This document shows positions 1 through 12,409 of a stretch of 64,000 nucleotides of DNA, piece after piece (position 1 is the first letter of the stretch; every line of letters starts with the position of its first letter). This DNA is from Batkoa obscura (taxonomy: Eukaryota), in NCBI GenBank assembly GCA_030770535.1, contig JASVEC010000001.1:1488001-1552000 (forward strand), given 5' to 3'. The notes beneath the pieces are model-generated. The model saw only the letters and a program-made list of their open reading frames with translations. It had not been told where the DNA came from and made no database searches. The position numbers and the translations under genes are program-made.

Positions 1-910
1 AATTAAAAGGAAGGCTTATAGCATTATAGTATATAGTATTAAAGTAAGATGTGTAAAAAGTTCAAGAATTTTTTGATAAAAAATGATTTTATACTATAAA
101 GTAGAAACTCAATTATATATTAAACTAGAATTTCAAATATCACTTTACGTTTTATTGAAATGTATTGATTAAATTAAGGCTACGGTTAGGTTATAATTAA
201 TTATATTTTATAAATATTAAAAAAATAATTACTATGTCTATACTGTATGTCATCTTCCAATAACTAGCAAAAATTCCATTTTGGAAACTCTAAATCTGAA
301 ATCTAAGTTGTAGTAATTTAATTTGAGATATTAAAATTTCAATTTTGATCTATTAAATTAATAATTAAGTATTATCTATGACTCTTTTTAACAGTATAAA
401 CTAATAGTTAACAGAATTCAAGTTGAAGAATTCATAGAAAATTATCCATTTTAAAAAACTGAGAGGTCCATTTAGCGGTAAAACGAAAGGGTCAAAAAAC
501 AAATGCTAATAAAAAAAATAACTAGAAATTCGAAGCAAACATTAATAGATAAAAATAAAATAACAAACTAAAACATGTTAAAAATTAATAGAATAAGTAG
601 ATGACATTATGGCTAACTAAACTAAAATCAATGAGTTTATTTTTTTATATATTAAATCAAAACATTTCCACAGCCCAAGGAACTATGAATATACTTAATT
701 AATACTATGGTTAAATGGGAGGAGTTAAGCTTAAAGAATCAAAAATAAATATAAATAGTGCCCTTCACTCATCATAAATTTTAATTAAAAAAAAACTCAA
801 TTTTTAATTTTTAATTGAACTTTATACTTATCTAATCCAATAATAATATAATATAATACAATATAATATAATATAATATAATATAATATCAATCCTCCAA
901 TAATAATATA

Positions 911-1621
911 ATGAACTCAAAATTACTCTTAGCTTTATTCATTCAATTAACCCTTAGTCGTTCCATTGCTTTGAATCGACGTCACGAGAATGAGGATCAT
1001 GGTAGTATGAGTATCATGCCAGTTAAAGAAGACATTAGTCCAAGTGGAAATAGTAATGAAAATGCTGCTGTTCCACATGAAACTAAATTTAGTAGTAATC
1101 CAATTGTTAATTTACATGAAGATAAATATGAGATGTATACGAATCCTAATGGTATTTATAAGTGTAAAGCGGAATATCCAGAAGATGGAAAAAATCCAAA
1201 CAATCAACAACAGAATCAAAGTCAACAACAAAGTCAACAGAATAGTGGAGAAACTCAAAACAATCAACAACAAAACCAAGATCATCAGCAAAGTCAACAA
1301 AATCAACAACAAAGTCAACAAAACAAAAGCCAAACCCAGAATAACCAACAACAAAACCAAAATATTCAACAGACTCAACAGGTCCAACAACAAAATAGTG
1401 GACAAACTCAAAATAATCAAAATAATCAAAATACTCCACATCCAGAGCATTACGATGGACATCAAATGAATAATGAATCACGAAATAAAGATAGTTACAC
1501 ATCAACTAAAACTCCTACACCTTTACCTGAAAAGAAAACTAGTTTATTAAATGGAATACCCGTAATCGGTAATATAGCATCCTCTTTGGGAATCGATTCA
1601 TTGTTAGATGGGATCTATTAA
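911..1621 (+). CDS. Secreted Kex2-site precursor, PIVG-tail family member 1 (His/Met N-terminus, Q/N-rich, amphipathic C-tail)
   Basis: Single-exon ORF, 236 aa. Signal peptide MNSKLLLALFIQLTLS, LNRR|HENEDH, YTNPNGIYKCKAEY, Q/N-rich tract, ends LLNGIPVIGNIASSLGIDSLLDGIY. TATAAATA ~160 nt upstream. Clear paralogue of 2133. Confidence 0.9.
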   Translation: MNSKLLLALFIQLTLSRSIALNRRHENEDHGSMSIMPVKEDISPSGNSNENAAVPHETKFSSNPIVNLHEDKYEMYTNPNGIYKCKAEYPEDGKNPNNQQQNQSQQQSQQNSGETQNNQQQNQDHQQSQQNQQQSQQNKSQTQNNQQQNQNIQQTQQVQQQNSGQTQNNQNNQNTPHPEHYDGHQMNNESRNKDSYTSTKTPTPLPEKKTSLLNGIPVIGNIASSLGIDSLLDGIY

Positions 1622-2132
1622 GTATGAGAGGAAGTGGGATATTTATAGTTTGAAACTAAGGAAATAAATATAATGTTAGTTATTATTATAAATTAAAAAA
1701 TAATATTTTCTTTGAAGTTTTTATGAAGTTGAATGTTTTTATGAATTTCTTTTTAAATTTTTGTTTTATTTTCATTAATATTATTTCCATTTCAGATTAA
1801 ATTAAGAATTTGACATTATCTAAAAATAAATCCAAGTTATTAATTTTTTAATTGTGTTATATTAATTAAATATCCTAGATTAATAGTCCACTACCTTTAG
1901 AATTCTAATTAAGTTTTAAAGGCTAAATAGGAGGTTTTAATAATACAATTCGTAAAAAATTTTTAAAATTCAAGGACCTTAAGGCTTTGTGTTTTTTATT
2001 CTCTAAAGTTAAATAATATAAATACTCCTACTTGATCCACATTAAATCTCTAAAAATAATAACAAACTTTCAATTTGAAATTGAAGTTAACAACTAATCT
2101 GATAATAATACATCAATTAATATTTTAATATA

Positions 2133-2774
2133 ATGAACACCAAATTGATTTTAGCATTATTCATTAATTTAACTTTAAGTCGTTCAATTGATTTGATTCG
2201 ACGTCATGGAGATGAAGATCATGGTAGTATGAGTAATATGCCAATGAAACAAGATATGGCTACAAATAACAACGGTAATAACGGTGTTATTCTAAACAAC
2301 CCAAATACGGCTACTCCACATACCACAATGTTGAATACTGATGCTAATATCCAAGTTCAAGAAGAGAATTACCAAGTTTATACTAATCCAAATGGGATTT
2401 ATAAATGTAAAGCTACTTATCCAGAAAGTGGAAGTAATCAACCGATTGAACAAAGCCAAAATAATCAGCAGACTCAACAACAGAATCAGAATAACCAACA
2501 GAACCAACAACAAAACCAGAATAATCAACAACAAAGTCAACAAAATAATGGACAAACTCAAAATAATCAACAGACCCAACAGCAAACCCAACAAGCTGGA
2601 CACTCGGATAATCATCAAATAGATACTCAACAGCAGCCCAAAGGTAATTATAGCCCTAATAAGAGTGGTAAAGCCATACCTGAAAAGAAAGGAGGGATGC
2701 TAGGGGGCTTACCTATTGTTGGTGATTTAGTTTCATCTTTAGGATTAGATTCTTTATTAGGTGGTATACTTTAA
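2133..2774 (+). CDS. Secreted Kex2-site precursor, PIVG-tail family member 2 (tandem paralogue of 911)
   Basis: 213 aa. Signal peptide, LIRR|HGDEDHGSM, YTNPNGIYKCKATY, Q/N tract, ends MLGGLPIVGDLVSSLGLDSLLGGIL. TATAAATA near 2018. Confidence 0.9.
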   Translation: MNTKLILALFINLTLSRSIDLIRRHGDEDHGSMSNMPMKQDMATNNNGNNGVILNNPNTATPHTTMLNTDANIQVQEENYQVYTNPNGIYKCKATYPESGSNQPIEQSQNNQQTQQQNQNNQQNQQQNQNNQQQSQQNNGQTQNNQQTQQQTQQAGHSDNHQIDTQQQPKGNYSPNKSGKAIPEKKGGMLGGLPIVGDLVSSLGLDSLLGGIL

Positions 2775-3307
2775 TTTGTTAAGTGAGTATTTATGTTATG
2801 AAAATCAATAAAAAAACAAACCTAATTATTATTGTTAAAGTTACTTTTTTTCCTTATTGCATATTAATATTTTTATAATTTATTACTTTTGTTTTTATAT
2901 TATTACTGAATTATACTTTAAAAATAAGATTATCTACCTCTTATCATCAAAAAAACATCTTGATATTTAACTTTTCCCTAATAATATTAATTTTATATAA
3001 ATTTAAAATATTTATAGTTAAAGCTTTTTTTGTTTTTTTAATGTTAATTTTAACAATTTATAGTAAACTTCATTTACTTATTTTTTTTATTTTTTTATTT
3101 AAAAAATATAAGGTTTTAAAATCATTCTTAGCCTAAATAAAATCTATTTGAGCTTTTTTTATTAAATTTAGAATAAAACAAGGCAGTTTTTTATTTTTAC
3201 TCCTTTTTACCTTTATAGTTAACTTTCTAATTATTTAAACTAATTATTATCATTATTTTTCAAACTTTTATTTAAAATTTTTGCTTTTACAAATAATATT
3301 TATATAT

Positions 3308-3406
3308 GGAGATGTTTTTTTTGATTTCATTATTTTTTCCATTTTTTAAGCGCTATTTGAGTGGAAAGACTGTTAGTAAAATTCTTAAACAGAAAAATAC
3401 ATCCCC
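3308..3406 (+). mobile_element. ~98-bp MITE (GGGGATG...CATCCCC family), copy 1
   Basis: Terminal inverted repeats, ATAT on both sides, core TTAAGCGCTATTTGAG(T/C)GGAAAG shared with many other copies in the window. Confidence 0.85.
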
Positions 3407-3564
3407 ATATGATTTAGAAATTCTACAAATGCTACTTTTAATAATTTTATATAAAAAATTTACTGCTTTATTAATGATATAAAAATTAATATTAATAAAT
3501 CATAAGTATTGAATTTAAATCCTAACTTGTTCATCTATTAAATTATTTTTATTTAACTTACCTG

Positions 3565-4046
3565 TATGAAAGTTGATACTCAGTGGTCGAAGTTAAAAGC
3601 TACTCTTGCTTAATTAACTTGCCTTGAGTCGAACGGTCTTGGTTTATGTAACTAAGATAGACTTAACTTAATAGAAATAGTACGTAATAAGCTACGAATT
3701 ATGTAAAACAAATATAATGGAAGATACTACCGTAAAATCTATGTAAGATGTTGTCAGAAAGACTTAGTGACTTTATTAATGATACGTTATCAGGGAGCAA
3801 TTCAATTAAAAAAGCGTCGAGTTATCATGTTGAAGAATCTCTTTTATACTCCAACTGGGTGGCTATATATAAGGAACGTTATAACAGTTATTCCTTATTA
3901 TAGTTGGCAAGTATGGACATTAAAACGTGGACAATAAGTTCTTCACGATCAGGTAGTAGCAATTCTCACAGCAAATCTATATAAGGAACTCTGAATTGAT
4001 TATCATATTATAATCAATCCTAGAGCTAATGAACCGATATTTTACA
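3565..4046 (-). mobile_element. Solo LTR (retrotransposon remnant), copy A
   Basis: Homologous to 11435, 62058 and 63244. Termini TATGAAA...TTTTACA (degenerate TG...CA). Exact 4-bp TSD CCTG at 3561-3564 and 4047-4050. Confidence 0.85.
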
Positions 4047-4219
4047 CCTGTTCGTTATTTAAAATACTTGTTAAAGCTTTTACCATTAATAATATTACTA
4101 TGTTTAATAATAGTTTTATTAAATTATTTGATAAATTGAGTTAACATTATTATAAAATAATAGCCTTGGAATTATTTAAAACTAAAACTAAATTCAAAAC
4201 TTTAATAATCTTAATATAT

Positions 4220-4315
4220 GAAGAATGTTTTTTTTGGTTTCATCACTTTTTCCATTTTTTAAGCGCTATTTGAGCGGAAAAATTGTTAGTAAAATTCTTT
4301 AAAAAAATACATCCC
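4220..4315 (+). mobile_element. MITE copy 2
   Basis: Same core and TIRs as copy 1; termini slightly decayed. Confidence 0.8.
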
Positions 4316-5311
4316 ATGTTATAAAAAGCTAAGTTGATTAAATATTAAAATAATAAATAGTATTTTTTTTAAATATTTTATTTTTTTATATAAAAGCTAA
4401 TACAAACATTTAACAACTTATTGTTAAATTTATATAGTTTTTTATTTATAATTTTAATGTTGTTAATAAATTTTTAGCTTATTTTAGTCTTTTTAATTTT
4501 TTTAATTTTTTTAATTTATAAAAATACACTTATTTTGCTTTTATATTAATACAAATATTAATATTAGCAAAGTTTTTATTTATAAAACTAAAATATTTTT
4601 ATTATTTAAACACTTATAACTTTTTACTTTATCAATTTAAATTTCCTGATTTTTTTAAAAATAATAATATTTTATAGCAATATTACTTTTTAAATTCATT
4701 CTTAAACATATTTTATTTTAATTTTTAAAAGCGAAAAAAAATGCAGATTTTTATAAAATTTATTCAGTCTTTAATTAGCTAGATCCAGTTATTTTAAAAA
4801 ACAATTAAAATACTCAATAAAGTTTTAAAGTAAATATTTAACCTATTCAAATATTAATATAAGTTATTTACTGTTTAAATAAAATAAAGTTTAAAATGAA
4901 ACATTATCTTAATTTTTAATATATAATTTTTATTTTATATATTCAAAACTAATATATATATGGTTTTTTTTTAAATAATAAATTAAAACTCAAAAAAAAA
5001 ATTAAAATTTATTAATATATAATATCTATAGGTAAGGGCCATATTAAAAAGAGCTATACAGCGGTGTTATAGATAAGCAATAAAAGGGCAAGGGGAAAAA
5101 CGCTAATTGATGCTACCTTGAGGGATAGACTGCAAATTTTAAATAAAATATTTCAATTCACATTCGATAATAGCAACTTTAATTTATTTTGCTTACAATT
5201 TTAATCTCGATTTCAGCCAATAAGTCCGCTTGAAATTGCAACCAATAAAATAGCTCCTAAACTATAGTGGGATTTCAAACTAACACTATCCATTTTAACT
5301 TCATTTTCAAA

Positions 5312-6420
5312 ATGTATAGAACAAGCCTACTACAAGCTGGTAGGCGTCAACTTAACCCTATAAAGTTAGATATCAGAAGCTTTGTCAGCCCATCAACACC
5401 ATTATTAAAAAACAATTTTACTAATAGCTATGAAAAAAAGTTAACATCTCAACTTGATATGTCGGCCATCAAGAGTGCACCCAAAATTGAACAAAGTTTA
5501 GAAGAAGATAAACCAAGTTCCAAGTCTTACTTCACTGGTAATACTACTTATTATGATTTAATTGTTGGCTTAGATCAATGCTTGGAATATTATACTCCAA
5601 ATGATCCATTTTATTCGGATAAATTACAACCTACCGATATTGTGCCTTATAAAGAAAGACAATTTTATTGGTTATCTCATAACGCTATGGCAAGTTATTT
5701 AAAGACTGATTTAACCAAAAATCAATATCGTTCTATTATTGCTAGATTAGATAGGATAGCTGAAAATGATGTTAATCGTTTACAAAGTTTACCACAAGGT
5801 TTAAGAGAGTATTTAGCTAAACTCTCTGCCAGCGGTAGTTTACAAGAACAACAAAAAAAGGTAGTCCAATTAGATTCTATGGGTAGAGCTTATTCCGTTG
5901 GTTATCGTAAAGAAGCTTCTGTTAGATGTTGGTTGGTTAAAGGTGAAGGGAAATTGATGATCAACGGTGCCCCATTGGCTGAGTATTTTGGTAGATATTT
6001 AGATAGAGAAAATGCTGTTTTACCATTGGCTTTAACTAACAGTTTGAATAAATATAATGCTTGGTTAATTGCTTTAGGTGGTGGTACAACAGGTAAATTT
6101 TTTGTATGGTTTTTAAATGAAATATTTATTTTTTGATTAGGTCAATCTCAAGCTACTTCATTAGCTCTTGCTAAAGCTTTGATTGTTCATGAACCTGAGT
6201 TGGAAACAGTTTTAGAGGAAGGTAAGAATTTTGTTTCATTCTTTTAAGGAGTTTTGTTAAAGTTTTTTAGCCAAATTATTATATAGAGATCCAAGAGTGG
6301 TTGAACGTAAAAAGACTGGTCAACCTAAAGCACGTAAGAAGTTTACTTGGTAAGAAATTTGAACTAGTTATTATATTGAGTTGATATTAACCTTATTTTT
6401 ACTATAGGGTTAAAAGATAA
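5312..6420 (+). CDS. MRPS9: Mitochondrial ribosomal protein uS9m
   Basis: 4 exons (introns 6093-6140, 6222-6270, 6350-6407). Motifs GYRKEASVR, GGGTTGQSQA, RDPRVVERKKTGQPKARKKFTWVKR*. Presequence-like N-terminus. ATG at 5312 rather than the track's GTG. Confidence 0.95.
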
Positions 6421-6949
6421 ATTGTTTTTTTTAATAAAGACTATTTTTATGAAAGTTTTGGTATTTTTGAATATTTTTAAATTTTCAATAGTTACTAGAT
6501 ATTAGTAAGCAATATATTAAACATGTCATCCTTTATATTGTAGTCAATATCTAATCTATTTTTAGTCTACAATTTATCAAATACTTTGCTTTAAATTCCA
6601 AGCCAAATATACTTTTTATACCTTTTCCAAAAAAGTTGAGTAAATAAAAAATTAAAGTGAATTAAAAACCAAGTATGATTAAGTTCAAATGTGCACTAGC
6701 TAAATATTCATCTAAAAACAAGGTTTAGATTTTGAGCTATAAATAGTGCAACAATACATCATTAATTTTCAAAATAATCGCAACATAACGTTCATTTGAA
6801 ATTAAACTGTGTCTATTTTCTGACTCAATCATTTTGGAAAAAGGTGTAATTCTTACTTTGATAGAAATAATGCTTAACAAGCGAAAAAGCAAAATCAAAA
6901 TTCAATTAAAAAAAACCAAAATTCTTTTTAAAATATAATTTCTATAAAA

Positions 6950-8022
6950 ATGAGCAAAACGGATAACAAAAAAACAAGCAATATCAATAAAGTCACAACG
7001 AGTAGTAAAAAAATCCAACGATCGGATTATATAGATTATGATTTAAGTAAAATGGTTGATAGTAAAGGAGGCTTTTTAATTGAAGAAGAAAATTCACAAG
7101 TTAAATTAAATCAAGTTGAACCTATTCTATTAAAAGATATACGTAATGATTTATTTATCAATTGAATTTATATTAGTCCGATTTTTTCTATATTAAGGAT
7201 ATTAATAATAATTCAATAATTAGCTGAAGATAACGATCGCTGTAAAGAGTGTCAAAAATTAGGGGTTGATCCCTTATTTTTTCAATTATTTAAAGTATCA
7301 GTTTGTAATGATTGTAAAAAATCGGTAACAGAAAAATATTCCTTATTAACGAAAACAGAAGTGAAAGAAGTAAGTCTTGAAATGTTTGTAATATCTCATC
7401 TAGTTTTGAATTTTTTTAATCGCTATTTTTTTTATTTAGGATTATCTATTAACTGAAGGTGATTTATAAAAATATTACTATTTGTTTTAAGAAAATTTTA
7501 TTAATACAATCAATAAAAATTATTAGATGAATTAAGAGATAAAGATTTATTTAATTGTTGGAGCAAACCAAATCCAAGAAAATCGAGTTGGAATAATATG
7601 TTATTATATTTAAGAGAACAAGTAGGTAGCATAGATAGATAAAATTGTTATATTAATATAAAAAAAACATTGGCATATTAATACTTTAATAAAAGGTAGA
7701 AATGTATGCCTATAAAAAATGGGGCGGTAGTGAAGGCTTAGATGCTGAGTTAGAACGTCGAGAAATGATAAAAAAAAAGAAAAAAGCAGATAAATTTAAA
7801 AATAAATTAAAAGGTAATTAATCAATTTTTCAATAATCTTCAAGGTGAAGCTAATATCGATTTTTTGAATTTTTTTATTTAGATTTAAGAAAAAGAACTC
7901 GTACTGAAACTTGGGAACAACAACGTCCAAAAATACAAGTTCATGAACATCAATTTATTCAAGGGAAAGCGGAAGGTAAATGTACGATTTGTGGATTGAA
8001 AGTGGAGATGGAAACATTTTAA
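6950..8022 (+). CDS. RAD14: DNA damage recognition protein XPA/Rad14
   Basis: Multi-exon. YIDYDLSKMVDSKGGFL, CKEC..VCNDC zinc finger, KYSLLTKTE, KPNPRKSSWNNMLLYLREQV, KKWGGSEGLDAE, HEHQF..CTICG. The 5' end is uncertain. Confidence 0.92.
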
Positions 8023-9242
8023 TGGAAGTGGGTTGGGGTGTACGATAGATTAAAGCGGCATTAAAGCGGCATTAAAGCAATGGAATAGGGTTAGGAAATA
8101 GGAGCATTATAGACTTCGAATAAACATGAAGATATTATTTAAGATGCTTATTAATTTTGTTTATTTGTTTATTTGATAAAAGAAGTTAGATGTATTTTGC
8201 TAAGATTCTAAAAGTAGTTTAACAGAAATCTTCAATAAAATCCATCCAGTGTTTTCAATTTATTTTTAAAATATTTGATTTGTTTCAAAGCTTTTAAAAA
8301 TCAATAACATCTATGTTTAATACTTTATTATTTTATTTGTTTTGATTACAATCTGAAGTTTAATACCTTTTTATTAACTTAATAATATCAATTTATCATT
8401 ATTTATTCTAATTAATTATGAATTTGCTTAGTTGAAATTTAAATAGTTTATTGCGTAAATATTTCTATTTATAGTAAATCATCCAATCTCAGCTTTTAAA
8501 ATTAACTAATCTTTGATATTATTATTTTTTAAAATTCAAAGGCCAAAGGCTTTGTGTTTATTAGCTTATAATATTATGGAGGTGGAATGATTAGGGAGGA
8601 ACAAAATCAAACAAAGATTAATCTTTTGATATTGTTAATAATATTTAGTATTTTTTTAAAACTAAAAATCCGAATTGATGATTTCAATATAATAAAATTC
8701 AACTCAAAGCCAAAATTTTGGGCAAAATATATGATATTGATCTTACTTTTAAAATTCCAACTTCTAATTTGATTTAATAAAAGACAAAATGATTCCCAAT
8801 ATTTTTGCTAAAGTCAAATTCAAATACGGAGTAAAATTGAATTTAATAATAGATTAGATTAAATAACTCATCTCTATTTAAGTCAATTAATAATTTCTTT
8901 AACGGTTTAATTAAATTTAATGAAATAAAAGAAACAAATATTAGAGCTATTTAAGATAGCTGATTAGATATCGTGTGGATGATATATTGGTATTTGGAAG
9001 AAATGAAGGTTAGTGTAAATTATTAGTGTTTATAGTTTTTGACTATAATAAGTAGGTTAAATTTGATTTTTTAAATAGTATTAAAGTAAAAGAATTTTAT
9101 AAAAATTTATTTATAGCTACTTAATTTATCTATCTAAAAATTAATATATGATATCAACAAAAAAGATAATTATATACAATTATCTTCAAAAACAATATAT
9201 AAACTCAATATTTATTCAATAAATTAGATTTATAAAATAATA

Positions 9243-10808
9243 ATGAATTATATAATCATAATCCTATTCTGTTTCCTTAATACTCTTGATAGTAAAGTCC
9301 ATTATTATTCATGGGAAGTTAAAGATCAAGATATTGCTGTGGATAATTTTAATTTTGAAGGTATAACTATTAACGGAGTTTATCCAGGTCCTACTATTGA
9401 AATTGAACAACATGATCAAGTTAACATATTAATTAATAATCGAAGTCATCGAAATATAACTGTTCATTGGCATGGAATTGAACAGAGAAATAGCAATAAT
9501 ATGGATGGTGTACCTGAATTAACCCAAGCAAGGATATTAACAAATAGCTCATTTAAATATCAATTTAACGTATATAAACAAAGTGGAACTTATTGGTATC
9601 ATGCTCATACTGATCTAGATATTCAAGTAATTTACGGGGCATTGATTATCAAAGAAAAGTTTTTAAAAGAATTAATTGAATACAATGAAAACTATTATTA
9701 TGATGAGGAATTTACTTTAATTTTAAGTGAACGTTGGCATAAAAATACCAGCTTAATTTATCATGATTTATTAAATCCACCCTTTCAGTTTCCATTTCCA
9801 TCCCAATCTATCTTAACTAATGGTAGAACTTTTGATATTTGGGAAAATAATACTAACACTAAAGAAAAGGATTTGTTTAATGAGGGTTATTATGTACAAA
9901 ATGTAGATTTTAATAAAATTTATCGGATTCGAATTATTGCAGCTAATGGACTATCTAATTTAATTTTTGAAATTCAAAATCATATAGAATTCAAAGTAAT
10001 TGAAGTAGATGGCACTTTAATTGAACCTATATTAACTAATCGAATTGAATTACATCCAGCACAAAGATATTCTATATTAATTAAAATGAATCAACCTATT
10101 AGTAACTATTATATGATGACTAGAATTACAGGTAGTAGTAATAATCCTCTATTACCTAATAATGGAGTAGCAATATTACATTATAATGGAGCAGAACCAA
10201 CAAATGAATTGAAGAAAAAGTTGTATGTGCCTGAGAGATTAAATTTGACTGAAAATTTATGGATTTTACCTAAATTAAAAAATTCACGATTTTATCAAAG
10301 TAATTGTATCGATGTTCAAGATACTCATATTTATCAAGTACCTAAACAAATTGACCAAGAAATTGTTATTAATATCACTAATGGAATAGCTAATAATGTA
10401 CCTAAATTTCTAATTAATAATCAATTGGAAGATAAAACTTATTTTATAAGAAATAACACTAATATACAAATTATATTACAACATTTTCAACCCATAGGAA
10501 GTAATTGCGTTACCCATCCTTGGCATTTACATGGTCATTCTTTTTATGTAGTTTCCAATGGTACTTTACCTTATAATCCTTCTATTGACTCAATCAAAAT
10601 TCAAGATACTATTTTATCTCATAAAAAGAATCTTGTGTTACAAGATACATTTACTCATTTTGCTAATCCAAGAACTGTGGGAGATATTATTTTCTGTGGT
10701 TGGTATGCCATCCGACTTAAAGCTGATAATCCAGGAAAATGGTTATCTCATTGTCATATTAATCCTCATTTAGTAATGGGTAAGAGTTTTGTACTAAATT
10801 ATAATTGA
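9243..10808 (+). CDS. Secreted multicopper oxidase (laccase/ascorbate oxidase-like)
   Basis: Signal peptide and four Cu motifs: HWHG, WYHAH, HPWHLHG, HCHINPHLVMGK. Confidence 0.95.
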   Translation: MNYIIIILFCFLNTLDSKVHYYSWEVKDQDIAVDNFNFEGITINGVYPGPTIEIEQHDQVNILINNRSHRNITVHWHGIEQRNSNNMDGVPELTQARILTNSSFKYQFNVYKQSGTYWYHAHTDLDIQVIYGALIIKEKFLKELIEYNENYYYDEEFTLILSERWHKNTSLIYHDLLNPPFQFPFPSQSILTNGRTFDIWENNTNTKEKDLFNEGYYVQNVDFNKIYRIRIIAANGLSNLIFEIQNHIEFKVIEVDGTLIEPILTNRIELHPAQRYSILIKMNQPISNYYMMTRITGSSNNPLLPNNGVAILHYNGAEPTNELKKKLYVPERLNLTENLWILPKLKNSRFYQSNCIDVQDTHIYQVPKQIDQEIVINITNGIANNVPKFLINNQLEDKTYFIRNNTNIQIILQHFQPIGSNCVTHPWHLHGHSFYVVSNGTLPYNPSIDSIKIQDTILSHKKNLVLQDTFTHFANPRTVGDIIFCGWYAIRLKADNPGKWLSHCHINPHLVMGKSFVLNYN

Positions 10809-10911
10809 TTAAAAAATAAAGTATAATTAGATTATAAAGTTTGATCATTTTTTATATATAACTTTTTCCTTTTAAAAAGCTTTTGTATTCAATGTTTTAT
10901 TAATTCCATTT

Positions 10912-11008
10912 GGGGATGTTTTTTTGATTTCATCACTTTCTCTATTTTTAAGCGCTATTTGAGTAGAAAAATTGTTAGTAAAATCCTCAAACAAAAAAAC
11001 ACATCTAC
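10912..11008 (+). mobile_element. MITE copy 3
   Basis: Family core and TIRs; lies ~100 nt after the oxidase stop codon. Confidence 0.8.
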
Positions 11009-11434
11009 ATTTAAAAGATCAATACTAATTAGTGAGCGTTAAGAATCTTAGCATTTATAATCAACTTTATAAAAGTGTAACAAAAGAATGTGAACTTTAT
11101 ATATTTTTGATAAATTAAAGAAAAACAATATAATTATTTGCATTTAAAATTTATAAAGTTATAAAGTTATAAAGTTATAAATTTTTTACCACCACTATAA
11201 AAGGTGATTTCATAGGATTTTTTTTAAATAATTTTATTTTGATAAAATTATTAGCTTTTTCTGTAATCTTTTATTAAATAAATAAGTAAAAATAAGAGAA
11301 TTAAAATATTAACCTACTAAAACCAAGATAAACAAAAAGAAAAGATAAAATAACAATTATTATTTATTACTTTTAATAAGTTTTATATATTGTTTTTGAT
11401 AAGTTTAAATAGGGTTTTCTGTTTTTGTCTTATT

Positions 11435-11898
11435 TGTGAAATATTGGTTTATTAGCTCTCGAATTGATTATAACACAACAATCACTTAAGTTGCTATGTT
11501 CTCAAGTTCAAACACAATCAAGTCAGAGTCCCTTATTTTGATTTGCTGCGAGAATTTATAACTTCATATTGCAAACAATATTATCTTCTCGTTTTGATAT
11601 CCATACTTGTTGGAGTATAAAAGAGATTCTTCAACATGATAACTCGACGCTTTTTAACTGAATTACTCCCTGATATCGTACTATTAATAAAGCCGCTAAG
11701 TCTTTCTGACAACGTCTTACGTAAATTTTACAGTAGTATTGTCTATTCTATTTGTTTTACATAGTTCGTAACTTATTACGTATTATTCTTATTAATTTAA
11801 ATCTATCTTAGTTACATAAACTAAGGCCGTTCGACTCAAGGCAAGTTAATCAACCAAGAACTGCTTTTAACTCCTACCACTGAGTACTAACTTTCACA
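11435..11898 (+). mobile_element. Solo LTR, copy B
   Basis: 464 bp. TGTGAAA...TTTCACA terminal inverted repeat, 4-bp TSD TATT, TATAAAA at 11616 and AATAAA at 11686 (these define orientation). Confidence 0.88.
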
Positions 11899-12341
11899 TA
11901 TTTATTAAAAAATTATTTAAAAAAAGCAAAACAGTGTTAATTTATATTATCAAAATTAAAAATATTTTTAAATTTTTAACAAAAATTATTATAAAGGTTT
12001 AATTATTTAAATTAAAATTATATTTTTTTAAACAATGCTTTAAATAATATAACTTTATTAAGAAAAATTTTAATTTAATAAATATTATATTAAAAACGTA
12101 AATAAATGTTTTTTTAATAATATAAAATTTAATATTTAAAAATACATATTTGATATTAATTATAAAAAGCTGAAAAGTAAAGGAAAAGTTTGTAACAGCT
12201 TATAAAAAAATGTGTAAAATATAAAAAATAAAAATAACTTAAATTATTAATAAATTATCTAAAATAATAAAAACAAATACAAAAATAATTAAAAAAATAA
12301 ACTAAATAAATTATATAAGTTTTGATATTTAAAAAGAATAT

Positions 12342-12409
12342 GGGGATGCATTTTTTTAAGGATTTTATTAATAACCTTTCCGCTCAAATAACGCTTAAAA
12401 AATATCCTT
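12342..12409 (-). mobile_element. MITE copy 4 (internally deleted)
   Basis: Reverse-orientation core TTTCCGCTCAAATAACGCTTAAAA; one arm shortened. Confidence 0.7.

Noticed and set aside
1044..2630. Alternative-frame and antisense ORFs over genes 911 and 2133 (similarly at 21361-21744, 25335-26315, 32717-33273, 47796-48260)
   Set aside because: They are shadows of low-complexity codon repeats in the real genes and show no independent protein features.
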